The translations under genes and the position numbers were made by a program. The notes below the pieces were generated by a model. The model was not told where the DNA came from, searched no databases, and worked only from the letters and a program-made list of their open reading frames with translations. From an uncultured delta proteobacterium (GTDB lineage: Bacteria; Desulfobacterota; Binatia; UBA9968), in assembly GCA_963737905.1 (NCBI GenBank), contig CAVTUQ010000016.1, positions 1 through 60,229 of the forward strand: DNA of 60,229 nucleotides, written 5' to 3'. Numbering within the stretch: position 1 is the stretch's first letter; every line of letters starts with the position of its first letter. Positions 9,548 to 19,755 of this stretch are shown piece by piece.

Positions 9548-11193
9548 CTGGCCGTAGTGGATGCGCCGGTAGGGCAGGGTGATGACGCTGCGGGAAATCC
9601 GGACGTCGAGCATCGTCGGTGCGGGATTCTCCAGGAACTCTCTGGTCGCGGAGCGGAGCTCATCCACGCTGCGCACAAGCCGGCCCCTGCCGCCAAAGGC
9701 CTTGCCGACGGCCCCCAGGTCCGGCGTCGCGACGGTCGCGAGGTCGGCTTTCATCTTGTGCGCGTCGAACTTGTAGTACTCCGAGCCCAGCGCCTGGTTG
9801 TTCAGGCACACGACCATCAGCGGCATGCCGTAGCGCACCGCCGTCTCGAACTCCCCGACGTGCATCATCACGCTCGCATCGCCGTCACACAGCACGTGCG
9901 GCTTGTTGCCGCTCGCCGCGATCGCGCCGATCGCCGCCGGCAGCATCTGGCCGATGCAGCCGAAGAAATGTCCAGGAAGCACCAGCGAGCGCGGCTTGTT
10001 GAACAGCATGTTCGAGAAGCCCGCGGTGGCACCGCTTCCCGTGACCACGCCTATTTCGGGGGGCAGCATCTCGTCGAGTGCAGGCAGATCTCCCGCGGAT
10101 CCACGGCGCCCGGCTCGATCGGAAATTCCGTACGGTCCACGTGCTGGGCGGCGAGTTGCTTCTTCACCTCCTCGGTGCGAAAGCCGGTCATCTTGACCGA
10201 GCGCTTCGCGAGCGCGTTCTCCAGCGCCTCCACGCCGGCTTTTGCGTCCGTCTGCACGTAGCAGTCGGCGGAACGGCCCCCGCTCATCACGAGGTGCGGC
10301 TTCGAGTCGAGGTGCACGAAGCGCGCATTGGGGTAGAGGTAGCCGTGCTCGGTGGTGTAGCGGCCCATGCTGGCGCCGACGGCGATAACGCAATCGGCTT
10401 CCTCGAATAGCTTCATAGAGGTGCGGGTGCCGTAGGTCCCGGAGATGCCGGCGTGATATTCGTCTTCGGCGAGCAAGCCCTTCGCCATCAGCGTGGTCGC
10501 GATCAGCGCGCCGATGCGGCCTGCGAGCTTCTTCACGGCGTCGCCCGCGCCGGACCATTTCGCCCCGCGCCCGACGAGGACTACCGGATGCTTCGCTCCG
10601 GCGATGATGTCGGCAGCCTTTTCGATCTCTGCGGGATCCGGATGGACCACCCGCTTCGGGAGCACCGTGGAAGACGGCTTGTACGGCTCGTCGTCGTCCT
10701 CGAACGCCTTCTGCTGGATGTCCATCGGCGCGCTCAGCATGATCGGCCGCGATTCGAGCTTGGCGAGGTAGAACGCCTTGCGCACGCAGTCGTCCGCCAC
10801 CTCCGGGGAGGTGATGCGAATGAAGCCGGTCTCGCAGCTGGCGGCAAACGCCGCCTGGTCCATGCGCTGGAGGTACTCGTCGTCATTCGAGGGGAATTCG
10901 CCGCAGAACGCGACCAGCGGCGACGCGGCGCGGCTGGCGGTGAGCAGCGCGGTGGCAAGCTGCGAGACGCCCGGCCCGCAGGTCGTGGTGGCAACCCCCG
11001 GGGTGCGCGTCACGCGCGCCCAGCCGTCGGCCATGCCGAGCCCGGCGCCCTCATGGCGCACTTCGAGCATCTTGACGCCGCCGAGCTTGTCCAGCTCGTG
11101 CATCCAGTACATGTTACCGTCGCCCATGATGCCGAAGATATGCGTGACGCCTTCGGCGACGAAATCGGCTGCGAGTCTCTGGTACACTTTCAT
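9539..11193 (-). CDS. TPP-binding protein, acetolactate synthase-like (frameshift near 10080)
   Basis: N-half has IFGIMGDGN, RHEGAG and GPG. The C-half in another frame has DGDAS...LNN. The frames join at DPREICL/ALDEMLP if one base is added. Confidence 0.9.
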
Positions 11194-11283
11194 GCTTTCT
11201 CTCCTTTTCGGTTTGCGATGAGTAATGTGCGATGCCGGACCCGCGTTAGCCGATGCGTGATCAATCGTTGATACGGGATGAGA

Positions 11284-11362
11284 AGAGGGTCGAGGATTGA
11301 GGGTCGAGGGGAAACCACTCGATACCCGACACTCCCCTCGACACCCGTCCCTCGTTACTCGT
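11284..11362. repeat. Heptamer repeats with inverted counterpart (GAGGGTC.../...CTCGACAC), hairpin-like
   Basis: gagggtc gaggatt gagggtc gagggga followed by ctcgatac ccgacac ... ctcgacac ccgtccc tcgttac. Confidence 0.55.
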
Positions 11363-11369
11363 ATCCGTT

Positions 11370-11831
11370 CTACACAGTCGCCTTGGCGCAGCGCGCGGCG
11401 AGCCGCTCCGTGAATTCGCCCGTCATGCGCTTGACCACCAGCGCGGCGCCGGACTCCACCAGTGAAGCGAGCCGGCCGGAGATCTCGACCTCAGCGTCGA
11501 TGGGAACCGCCGACGAGCCCGGTGCCTGCCCCGCCACGACCTTGAAGGTCATCGCCGTTTTCACCCGCGTACCGCCCTGGTCGTCCCTGCCGCGGGAGGA
11601 TACGTGCCCGATCATCGCCGTGCCATCCAGCTCCAACGCGACCTTCGCGCGAAAAGTCACTTTGGCCGGTCCGAACTTCACCGTCACGGTCGCATCGTAC
11701 GAGCCGTCCTCCAGCCGGTCGCCCAGTTTCGCCCCCGGCATACAGTCGACCACGGCGCGCGGGTCCGACAGCACGTCCCACACGACCCGCGGAGCCGCCG
11801 GCACCTCTACACGCTCGCTTATTTCAATCAT
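11370..11831 (-). CDS. CoxG/SRPBCC-family protein
   Basis: VWDVLSDPRAVVDCMPGA, VKFGP and ISGRLAS motifs. Confidence 0.88.
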   Translation of the reverse strand: MIEISERVEVPAAPRVVWDVLSDPRAVVDCMPGAKLGDRLEDGSYDATVTVKFGPAKVTFRAKVALELDGTAMIGHVSSRGRDDQGGTRVKTAMTFKVVAGQAPGSSAVPIDAEVEISGRLASLVESGAALVVKRMTGEFTERLAARCAKATV

Positions 11832-11902
11832 TTGTTTTTCGGAGGTACAGTATTCGATAACGTTCAGCAGTGTCAACTTGGGGTCGTGGTTTAGTTAGCC
11901 AG

Positions 11903-11974
11903 AGATCTCTCACTTCGTTCGAGATGACAGATCTATTACTTTTTGTCATTCCGAGCGGCGGTAGCGAGGAATCT
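11903..11974. repeat. REP-like palindromic pair (AGATCTCTCACTTCGTTCGAGATGACA ... TGTCATTCCGAGCG...GAGGAATCT)
   Basis: Two short imperfect palindromes in inverted orientation in an intergenic region. Confidence 0.6.
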
Positions 11975-12121
11975 TTCTCGCCGATAAAAGTCGTGCGAAG
12001 GCAAACTGAACCGCTACCCAACTTGGACTTAGCTTTTAGACAGGGCTGGACTCGCGCCACGGGCCAGGGTAAGAAAGGATCAAATGAGCTGGGACTAAAA
12101 AGGGGTTTACGGGAGGCGGTA

Positions 12122-13060
12122 TTGAGACTTGCTCTGTTCCAGATAGCCGGAAGCGCTGACGTGTTGCCGGGACTGATTACTCGGGGCGGCGTCGTGAGCA
12201 TTGCCGATCTCGTGTCGCGTGGCCCCACGCCTCAGTTGACGATGACCGGAATCATCGACAATTTCGAGCGCTTGCGTCCAGCTCTGGAGCGCCGTGCACG
12301 CGACGGCGATCAGACGCCGCTCGCCGACGTGCGTCTGTGCGCCCCGTTGCCGCGGCCCGGGAAGATCCTCGCGTGCATCGCCAACTACTGGGAGCACGGC
12401 GCGCTCGAAGCCCGGCCACTCAACATGTTTCTGAAGAATCCGGATGCGGTGATCGGGCCGGGCGATACCATCGTGTTGCCGGAATTCACCGAGCCATGGA
12501 TTTTCATGCACGAGGCGGAGCTTGCGCTCGTCATCAAAGGGCCTGTCAAGAAAGTGAAAGCTGAGAACTGGCGCAGCGCTGTTTTCGGCTATACGGGAAT
12601 GATCGATGTGTCGGCGCGCGGCGAGGGCCGGCGGACATGGAAGGCGGGCAGTTGGCTTGGAAAGTCGTTCGACACCTTTGCGCCGCTTGGGCCGTGCATC
12701 GCGACCCTCGACGAGATCCCGAATCCCAACGATGTACTTGTGCGTTTCTGGGTCGATGGGCAACTGCGGCACAACTACAACACCGATGACATGGAGCACC
12801 TCGTGCCGGAGCTCGTCGAGTTTGCCTCCACCATCATGACGCTCAACTCCGGCGATGTCATCGCCTGCGGGACCAACCACGAAGGCCTGGGGCCGCTGCA
12901 AGACGGCGAGGTCGTCGACTTCGAGATCCAGCACATCGGGCGCATGCGGCTTAACGTCGTGGATCCGCTCAAGCGCAGCTGGGAGAAAGGCATTTACATG
13001 GGGGTGGATTCAACCAACCCTGATGCCGTCAGGCGCAATCGGCCGCAGACGCCGCCTTGA
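12122..13060 (+). CDS. Fumarylacetoacetate hydrolase family protein
   Basis: PGKILACIANY, FLKNP, HEAELA, GKSFDTFAPLGP and GDVIACGT; TTG start after GGAGG (12112-12116). Confidence 0.93.
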   Translation: MRLALFQIAGSADVLPGLITRGGVVSIADLVSRGPTPQLTMTGIIDNFERLRPALERRARDGDQTPLADVRLCAPLPRPGKILACIANYWEHGALEARPLNMFLKNPDAVIGPGDTIVLPEFTEPWIFMHEAELALVIKGPVKKVKAENWRSAVFGYTGMIDVSARGEGRRTWKAGSWLGKSFDTFAPLGPCIATLDEIPNPNDVLVRFWVDGQLRHNYNTDDMEHLVPELVEFASTIMTLNSGDVIACGTNHEGLGPLQDGEVVDFEIQHIGRMRLNVVDPLKRSWEKGIYMGVDSTNPDAVRRNRPQTPP

Positions 13061-13158
13061 TTGCGCAGATTCGCAAGAATCTCTCGATCCGTTGCGTTAC
13101 GACTCAGACGTGGTTTCGTCTTGTCTTTTTCGTTTCCGAAACCTTCGAAAGTGTTCCG

Positions 13159-14292
13159 CTAGAGACGAAAGAAGCGTTCGGCGTTTTTGCCGAGGAGCTT
13201 TTCCTTGACTCGGTCCGGCATATCGCTCCGTTCGCGCCAGCGGGTGACGTAGTTCTCTTCTGCCGAAGGATCGCCGTGAGGGAAGTCGGAGGAGCACATG
13301 AGGGCGTCCTCTCCCACATGTTTCAAGAGATAATCAAAATCCTCGTCTCCCTCGCAGTTGACGAACGCCCGTCCCGAACGGAAGAATTCTTCCGGGTCGC
13401 GGTAATAGCGGCGGTCGATGGCATTATCGACGGGCCGTCGCTGCCCTTGAGTGAAAAGTACGCTGGGCGGCTCGACCCGGCGCCTGATCTGCTGTATCGC
13501 GTAGGGGACCCAGGCGGAGCCGGTCTCCAGAAAACCAAGCCGGAGTTTGGGAAAACGGGTCAGCAAGCCGGCGCCCATGGTGTACATGAAGCCCCATATC
13601 ACGGGAACAATAGCCGAACAAAAGAACGCATGAGAATCGGAAAAGAGCTGGGTGACCTGCGGCGAGCCCCAACCGAGATGAACGCAAAGGGGGAGGTCGA
13701 GTCCCGCGGCTTCCTCATAGATCGGAAAGAACTCCGGATCGGCCAAATTCCGCTCCCACACCATGCCCATGGTAAAAATACCCGAAGCTCCCAGATCGCT
13801 CGCGCTGCGCATCTCCTTCACCGCGGCCTCCGGGTCGCGAAACGGAAGCAGCGCTGCCCACCTCACCCGGCCTTTTGATTTGGCGCAGGCTTGACCGACA
13901 TATGTGTTGTAGGCGTGAAACAGCGCGCCTTCGAGTTTCACATCCTCCGCTACCGAAGCGAGAAACATCGTGGGGAAGACGATCTGGCAGTCGATATGGA
14001 ATCGATCGAGGTCTGACACCCGGGCTTCCATGTCTTCCAGAGTCTGCGACCCGAGGGAAACGTCGATCTTTTTCGACCGATCCGTCCACGAAAGCGACGC
14101 GGTGGTGCGTCCACGGCTGCCAATGTTGGGAACGCTTTTTCCCTCGATGAGCCAGCAGCCGTTGAAGTCACCCCGGACCGTGTCCGCCGGTAAGCGGACC
14201 GGGATCGGACGTTGCAGATGAAACTCCTCGGGAAGATGCTCAAACATGCCTTCCGGCTCAATGATATGTCCATCGGCATCGATCACGCTCAT
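13159..14292 (-). CDS. Amidohydrolase family protein (amidohydro_2)
   Basis: IDADGH, LCVH, FLETG, SSDFPHGD and LLGKNA motifs. Confidence 0.93.
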   Translation of the reverse strand: MSVIDADGHIIEPEGMFEHLPEEFHLQRPIPVRLPADTVRGDFNGCWLIEGKSVPNIGSRGRTTASLSWTDRSKKIDVSLGSQTLEDMEARVSDLDRFHIDCQIVFPTMFLASVAEDVKLEGALFHAYNTYVGQACAKSKGRVRWAALLPFRDPEAAVKEMRSASDLGASGIFTMGMVWERNLADPEFFPIYEEAAGLDLPLCVHLGWGSPQVTQLFSDSHAFFCSAIVPVIWGFMYTMGAGLLTRFPKLRLGFLETGSAWVPYAIQQIRRRVEPPSVLFTQGQRRPVDNAIDRRYYRDPEEFFRSGRAFVNCEGDEDFDYLLKHVGEDALMCSSDFPHGDPSAEENYVTRWRERSDMPDRVKEKLLGKNAERFFRL

Positions 14293-14454
14293 TACGTCTT
14301 CCTCCTCTCATTCATTCTTGACTGCAGTCAGTCTATTCGTGGCGCAAAACTCATGTCAAGTGACGACAGTGGTGAATCGGAGTACCGAAGTGATGGAGTA
14401 ATGGGAGTCATGCGTCTTTGATATCTCTAGACAATCTTAGCAAGGGGATCAGCA

Positions 14455-15822
14455 TTAGGTTCTTCGACGAGGGATAACCAGGCTATCAAACAGCCTGTCG
14501 AGGGTCGCGCTGTTCTCGAAGCTCCATACTTCCGACAGCACTCGATCGCAGCCCTCCGCTCCCAGCGCCCCGGAAGCCAAGCCCCGGAACTTCGCTTCAA
14601 CTTCGCTATCCGTCAACGGGTTACGGTAGTGTCCCTTCGGGTGGCTCGTCTCCGCCACCACCCGCCGTCCGTCCGTCGTCGTCACCTCGATCCGCGTGCA
14701 TGACTCCGCGGGATAGCGACGGGTGAATTCCGGCTCCTCCACCACCTTGAGCTTCTTGATCAGCATCCGTAGCGCCGGGTCCTGGATCCTTGACGGCGCG
14801 AAGGTTGCCGGCGTTACGCCACCGTCTTGAAACGCAGCCGCCACCATGTACGGCATGCTATGATCCGCCGTCTCCCGGGTCTCGGGGGCCCACTTCTCCG
14901 CCTCGGTGGCCGTACGCCGCACCGCTTCGCCGTATGCCGCCACGTGCACCGACTCGATCTCCGCGGTGCCGAGCCGCTGCCGTAGCTCCAGCACAAGGCC
15001 GATGGGTCCCTGGGTGTGCACCACCGACGGGTACGCCTTGAAGCTGGTAGCGGTGATCCGGAACGGTTTCGCTTTGCCCCCAAAGCCTTCCCACTTCGGG
15101 GCTTCGATCCCCAGGTGCTGCCACAGCCCATCCCGTCCTTCGAACGGTTCGCCCGGCCCTGTCATCCCTTCCGCTGCCAGCTCGGCCGCGAACACTGCGG
15201 TTCGGACCGCAGCCGCCGTTGCGCAACCTTTCCACATCGAAAGCTCTCCGACCCGCGTCGCTCCCAGCGGCACACCGGTGGTGATCGCGATGGAGATGGC
15301 GTTTCCCATAGCTTTCGGGTCCAGCCTGAGAATCATGCCGGCACCGCAGGTCGCCCCGATGGCTGCGAACATTCCCTGGTCCCAGCCCTTCAGCGGAATC
15401 TCGTCTGCCAGCCGGCAGAACACCTCGTAGGCGGCTGTAATGGCCGTGATCACCGCCCGTCCGTCTATTCTGTGGGCGCCGGCCACGGCCAGGACGCCGG
15501 GGATCATGTCGCTCGGATGGCCCGTGCCCCGTGCCGCGTAGTGGTCGTTACAGTCGAGGTAGCGGATAAGAACTGTATTCGCGAAGGCCGCCAGATCCGT
15601 AGACGTCTCCTCTGACGTGCCGAGGATGCGTGCCGGAGGATTCCCCTGCACTCGGGAGGCGATGCGCCGCGCGATGGACGCCGGCTCGCTGTCGAACGCG
15701 GCGACCGCGCAACCCAAGCTGTCGACCAAGGTCCGCTTCACCTGGTGAATTGCCTCCGGGGAAAGGTCTTCGTAGGTCAACCTGCATGCGTAGTCGCTCA
15801 GGTATTTCGTCGTGAGGTCCAT
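14455..15822 (-). CDS. MmgE/PrpD-family protein
   Basis: DSLGCA, RYLDCND, GHPSD, GELSMWKG, RETADHSMPY and KGHYRNPL. Confidence 0.95.
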   Translation of the reverse strand: MDLTTKYLSDYACRLTYEDLSPEAIHQVKRTLVDSLGCAVAAFDSEPASIARRIASRVQGNPPARILGTSEETSTDLAAFANTVLIRYLDCNDHYAARGTGHPSDMIPGVLAVAGAHRIDGRAVITAITAAYEVFCRLADEIPLKGWDQGMFAAIGATCGAGMILRLDPKAMGNAISIAITTGVPLGATRVGELSMWKGCATAAAVRTAVFAAELAAEGMTGPGEPFEGRDGLWQHLGIEAPKWEGFGGKAKPFRITATSFKAYPSVVHTQGPIGLVLELRQRLGTAEIESVHVAAYGEAVRRTATEAEKWAPETRETADHSMPYMVAAAFQDGGVTPATFAPSRIQDPALRMLIKKLKVVEEPEFTRRYPAESCTRIEVTTTDGRRVVAETSHPKGHYRNPLTDSEVEAKFRGLASGALGAEGCDRVLSEVWSFENSATLDRLFDSLVIPRRRT

Positions 15823-16079
15823 GAGACCCTCCTGCCGCAAAATGATCGTGAAGGTGTGAACGCCTGCTTAAGCCCCAAACAGGAGACCAAGATAAGATTG
15901 AACGACATCAAAGTCCAGATGCTGATGAAACTACGGGGATAGGTCACTTTGCCCTATTCTTGAATCCCGACTTAACAGCACCGAATTATTGCACTATAAA
16001 CATACTTACTGGTCGGTAAGAGGTCCAAACTTGCTTTCTGATCGGCTAACAAACGGACAATTTCAGAGGAGGGAGAACC

Positions 16080-16742
16080 ATGGCAATCGAACTTTATTGG
16101 GGCAGCGGCAGTCCCTTCGCTTGGCGGGTCATGCTGGCACTTGAAGTGAAAGGGCTCAAGTATGAATCGAAACTCTTGGAGTTTTCCAAAGGCGAGCACA
16201 AAGCGCCAGGCTATCTTTTGCTCAACCCACGCGGCAAAGTCCCCACCCTCAAAGATGGAGACTTCGTCCTCTACGAGTCGCTCGCGATCATGAGTTATCT
16301 CGATCGCAAATACCCGGATCCGCCGCTCTTCGGTAAGACGCCGGAGGAAACGGGTTTGATTTGGCGCGCGCTAGCTGAATGCGAATCCTATATGGTAAGT
16401 GCAGGCGACAAAGTCGTTCGGCCGATGTTCTTTGGCAAGGGATTGGACAAAGTCGAAGAGATCCAACAGGCCGCGCAAACGCTTCGCCACGAGCTCAAGA
16501 TGATCGACTCGCGCTTGGCCGGTTCGCCTTGGCTAGTTGGGGATAGGATTTCCGCCGCGGACATCGGCGTGTTTCCATTGGTGCAACTGATCTTGCGCGC
16601 CGCGTCCAAAGAAGCCGCCCAGCCGTTCAATTTAGGCTTCCTCCCGCTTGCGCAAACCTTTCCCAGCGTCGCCAGATGGGTGCAGCGCATCGAAGCGATA
16701 CCGAATTATGAGCGCACTTACCCGCCGCATTGGAGACAATAA
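16080..16742 (+). CDS. Glutathione S-transferase family protein
   Basis: SPFAWRV, NPRGKVPTL, LYESLAI and SAADI. Confidence 0.95.
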   Translation: MAIELYWGSGSPFAWRVMLALEVKGLKYESKLLEFSKGEHKAPGYLLLNPRGKVPTLKDGDFVLYESLAIMSYLDRKYPDPPLFGKTPEETGLIWRALAECESYMVSAGDKVVRPMFFGKGLDKVEEIQQAAQTLRHELKMIDSRLAGSPWLVGDRISAADIGVFPLVQLILRAASKEAAQPFNLGFLPLAQTFPSVARWVQRIEAIPNYERTYPPHWRQ

Positions 16743-16765
16743 TACCGTTCGGGAGTAACGCCCAT

Positions 16766-17581
16766 TCAGACAATCGACTTAGTCGGCTTGGATGCTCCGG
16801 GAAACAGGCCGTGCTTGGTGAGAAATTCGATCATAAAGCGATCGAACAGCCAGGGTTGCTCTATCTGGCAGGCATGGCCAGCTCCAGGCAAAGTCCTCAA
16901 CTCGCAATTCGGTATGAGCGCTTTGAGCGCGAAGGCCCGCTGATGGCTGCCGTCCTCGCTGCCGGTCAGGATGATGGTCGGACAGGCGATGCGCTCATGA
17001 TGGCCCTCCGGATAGGACTGGGCGAGCGCTTTGAACTGGTGGATGATCGTCTGCACATCGGCGTGTTGATTGCGTTCGGTGAATAGGTTCGCAAAGAAAT
17101 GCGCCATCGGTGTCGTGCGAAACGCCGCGCTCAGATCTTCGAACGTGTAGGCCCAGCGATAGTCGATGCCATTGGCCGTGTAGTTATCGATGCGCCCCTT
17201 GGTAAATTCCTTGTTGGGGTTGTAACCGGTGCCCGACAACACGAGCGCCGCGGTTTTGTCCGGGCGCTGGTGGTACATGTGGGGAGCGAGCGACGAGCCC
17301 ACAGAACAGCCGACTAGAATCGCTTTCTCGCCGGGCAGCGCGTCGTCGATCGCTTCCCAGCAAGCCTGGGCCATGTCATCCATCGTCAGCCCGGCGTCCG
17401 CCTTGGGCGAGCGGCCGTATCCCGGGATGTCAATGGCAATGCAGCGGTACCAGGTCGAGAGGTGCGCCATCTGAAAAATCCAGCATGACTGGTCCATCGG
17501 ATTGGGATGGATAAAGGCGATCACCGGCCCCGTGCGTCCCATCCGTTCATAGTAGAGCGGTCCGTGAATGTGTTGCGCCAT
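16766..17581 (-). CDS. Alpha/beta-fold hydrolase
   Basis: DIPGYGRS, GCSVG nucleophile elbow, GSED and AGHAC. Confidence 0.9.
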   Translation of the reverse strand: MAQHIHGPLYYERMGRTGPVIAFIHPNPMDQSCWIFQMAHLSTWYRCIAIDIPGYGRSPKADAGLTMDDMAQACWEAIDDALPGEKAILVGCSVGSSLAPHMYHQRPDKTAALVLSGTGYNPNKEFTKGRIDNYTANGIDYRWAYTFEDLSAAFRTTPMAHFFANLFTERNQHADVQTIIHQFKALAQSYPEGHHERIACPTIILTGSEDGSHQRAFALKALIPNCELRTLPGAGHACQIEQPWLFDRFMIEFLTKHGLFPGASKPTKSIV

Positions 17582-17680
17582 AGTTTTCCCCTTCTTAGTT
17601 TGCGCGCGCTAGGATCAAGTCTTAACGATTTCCAGACCGTTGAAAAAAGTTCTGAGATGCGAAGCGCGTTCTTCGACGAC

Positions 17681-17713
17681 TTGAACTACTTGAACGTTTT
17701 GAACGATTGGAAC
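17681..17713. repeat. Nonamer tandem repeat (TTGAAC-NNN)
   Basis: ttgaactac ttgaacgtt ttgaacgat tggaac; same family at 18824-18861, 42341-42415 and 49935-49969. Confidence 0.6.
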
Positions 17714-17727
17714 ATTCGCGAAGCGTA

Positions 17728-18813
17728 TCAGATTTCGCGAGGCTTGAAAGGGTTTTCTCTGCCTAGCCCTTCCATTAAGCCTGGTTGCCCGCCCTTTTGC
17801 ATAGACTCGGCGAGCTCGAGCAGATAGGCTTCCTGTTCGATGGCCTCGTATAATGTCATCGATCCGTCGTTTTTGATCGGTTTTCCGCCCATGAAGTGAA
17901 AGGAGTGACAGTCCCAATCGTAGAACTCGTCGCCGCGATTGCTGATCTCTTTCCACCTGATGCCGACGGGGCTCCGATGTAAACCGGTGCGTGCCGGCAG
18001 CGCCTCTTGTTGGTCCAGGGAAAGATTCAGGTCTGCCTTATAGCCTTTCTCCTCGGGAATTCCTTCCCACATGCGTCGGTAGTTGGGCAGGAACTCTTTC
18101 TGGCGGACCGTCAGCGCGGTGTGCATGTCCCACCAGGTTCCATGTCCGGAGACGCGCTCGTCAACCCGGTCAACCAACTTGTAAACGAGCCGGCCGCCCG
18201 CTCTCAGACGCAGTACGAGCGTACCCTCGGCCGTCTTCGAATCTTGCACCGGTTGCATTCCACAGTATTTCTCGAAGAAGGCGGCAGTCCTTCCCAGGTC
18301 GCGGGAGCCGTAGACGCCGTGACTGATGCGGCCGACTTTTTCGGAGGTGCAGATCTCCATGGCGCCTTCCGGCATATGCGCCGGCGCCCAAAACTCATAT
18401 TGGTTACCGTCAGGATCGGCGAGATAGATGACGGTACCTTCGTCACCTTCAGCGGCTGTCTTGACCGGATCCGTGTGCGGAATCTTGTGTTGATCGAGCC
18501 GGCGCAAGTGCAGGTCGATATCCTCGGGCCGGATGTAGAATCCGCAGCGCGGCAGATCCTCCCCCAGAGCTTTTGCCGGCGGGTAAATCTCGGGCTGAAG
18601 GAACGCACCGACGCGGCACGATCCACCTTCCCACCACAAAAAGCAGGTTATCTTGATATTCCTTTTGCGGGCCGCAGTAGTGAGTCCGATGAGCGGTCTT
18701 CTAGTTATGCCTGTGGCATTGCCTGCCCAGTCCGCCCAGGCGACCATATCGTTGGTTCCGACGACATAGTGATCGATCCAATGCACTGCGCCTCGGGGTT
18801 CAACATCTGCCAT
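17728..18813 (-). CDS. VOC/glyoxalase-superfamily protein (tandem domains)
   Basis: IDHYVV, YLADPDGNQYEF, RISHGV...DLGRTAAFF and a terminal FYDWDCHSFH repeat; RBS GGAGG. Confidence 0.75.
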   Translation of the reverse strand: MADVEPRGAVHWIDHYVVGTNDMVAWADWAGNATGITRRPLIGLTTAARKRNIKITCFLWWEGGSCRVGAFLQPEIYPPAKALGEDLPRCGFYIRPEDIDLHLRRLDQHKIPHTDPVKTAAEGDEGTVIYLADPDGNQYEFWAPAHMPEGAMEICTSEKVGRISHGVYGSRDLGRTAAFFEKYCGMQPVQDSKTAEGTLVLRLRAGGRLVYKLVDRVDERVSGHGTWWDMHTALTVRQKEFLPNYRRMWEGIPEEKGYKADLNLSLDQQEALPARTGLHRSPVGIRWKEISNRGDEFYDWDCHSFHFMGGKPIKNDGSMTLYEAIEQEAYLLELAESMQKGGQPGLMEGLGRENPFKPREI

Positions 18814-19071
18814 GATCAAGCCTCCGTTCCAGTCGTTCTAAACGTTCTCGTCGTTCCAATCACGCGACGTACCAGACGTGAGAAACGGTGTCAAGCGAGT
18901 TTTTCGTAAACGTTCAAGCTTACGTTCGATGGGCGGCGATTCGGTGGCCCGGCCTTGACCTATCGACCTTCACGGCGCGCGCCGATCTTGGAATCTTAAG
19001 AAATGACTTCGTTCATGCTAAGCTGTGGATGTTCGATCCAACAAGGCCGAAAGCCGGACAGGGATGTAAAA

Positions 19072-19671
19072 ATGGGGCGGCTACCGTTTCTGAATTTAAC
19101 CTTTATTGTTTTGCTATTGACGTTGATGATGATGCAGAAAATGGCTCCCGGAATCTACCACTCTGAAGATGACTTCGCTGAGTTTAATGAAAGCGCTCCC
19201 CAGCTTCGCGGCCCCTCCGTTCGTCCCAACGGCGATTACATCCGCCAACTATCTCCATCCCTTGCGCATATCGCGGGCCATTTTGCTCAAGCCTGGCAGC
19301 GGGCCCAGATTCTGGCCGAGTGGCCGATCGAAAGCAACACCGCTCAGTGGGAGAAGTCTTATGCCCCGACTCTGGTTGAAAAAGAGTTGATCGAGGCCAG
19401 ATTTCATGTCGAGAACGCCGAGGTCTACGAATGGTCTATAAAGAATAGACAAAAGACGGTGGCGGAGATCAACCAGGCTGAGCGTTTCCTGCAAGATGCT
19501 CGGCCCTTGGTCAAAAAGCCGGCGTTGGCCACGGTCGAGAGAGTTGCAAAGGAACTGGAGCTGGTGAAATTAGATTCGACCGGTGAGGGAGCGAGCCAGC
19601 CGGCCAACTATGAAACCATCAAGATGGACCTGGATCGGGTCATAGGTTGGGTTCGCGCGGCCGGACTTTAA
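19072..19671 (+). CDS. Hypothetical protein, N-terminal TM anchor plus helical domain
   Basis: Hydrophobic LNLTFIVLLLTLMMM followed by amphipathic helices; no recognised motif. Confidence 0.55.
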   Translation: MGRLPFLNLTFIVLLLTLMMMQKMAPGIYHSEDDFAEFNESAPQLRGPSVRPNGDYIRQLSPSLAHIAGHFAQAWQRAQILAEWPIESNTAQWEKSYAPTLVEKELIEARFHVENAEVYEWSIKNRQKTVAEINQAERFLQDARPLVKKPALATVERVAKELELVKLDSTGEGASQPANYETIKMDLDRVIGWVRAAGL

Positions 19672-19755
19672 GTTCATGTGGATGAGCCCGCGAGGGAAGG
19701 GAACCGGAGCGATGCGATTGCCTCCATCGGGTTACTTAGCGGTGATGAGAGCTTG

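Noticed and set aside
11870-12121. N-terminal extensions of the FAH ORF (and 42214-42543 of the serine hydrolase, 44007-44246 of the Kelch ORF)
   Set aside because: They translate intergenic palindromic repeats; better RBS-supported starts lie downstream.
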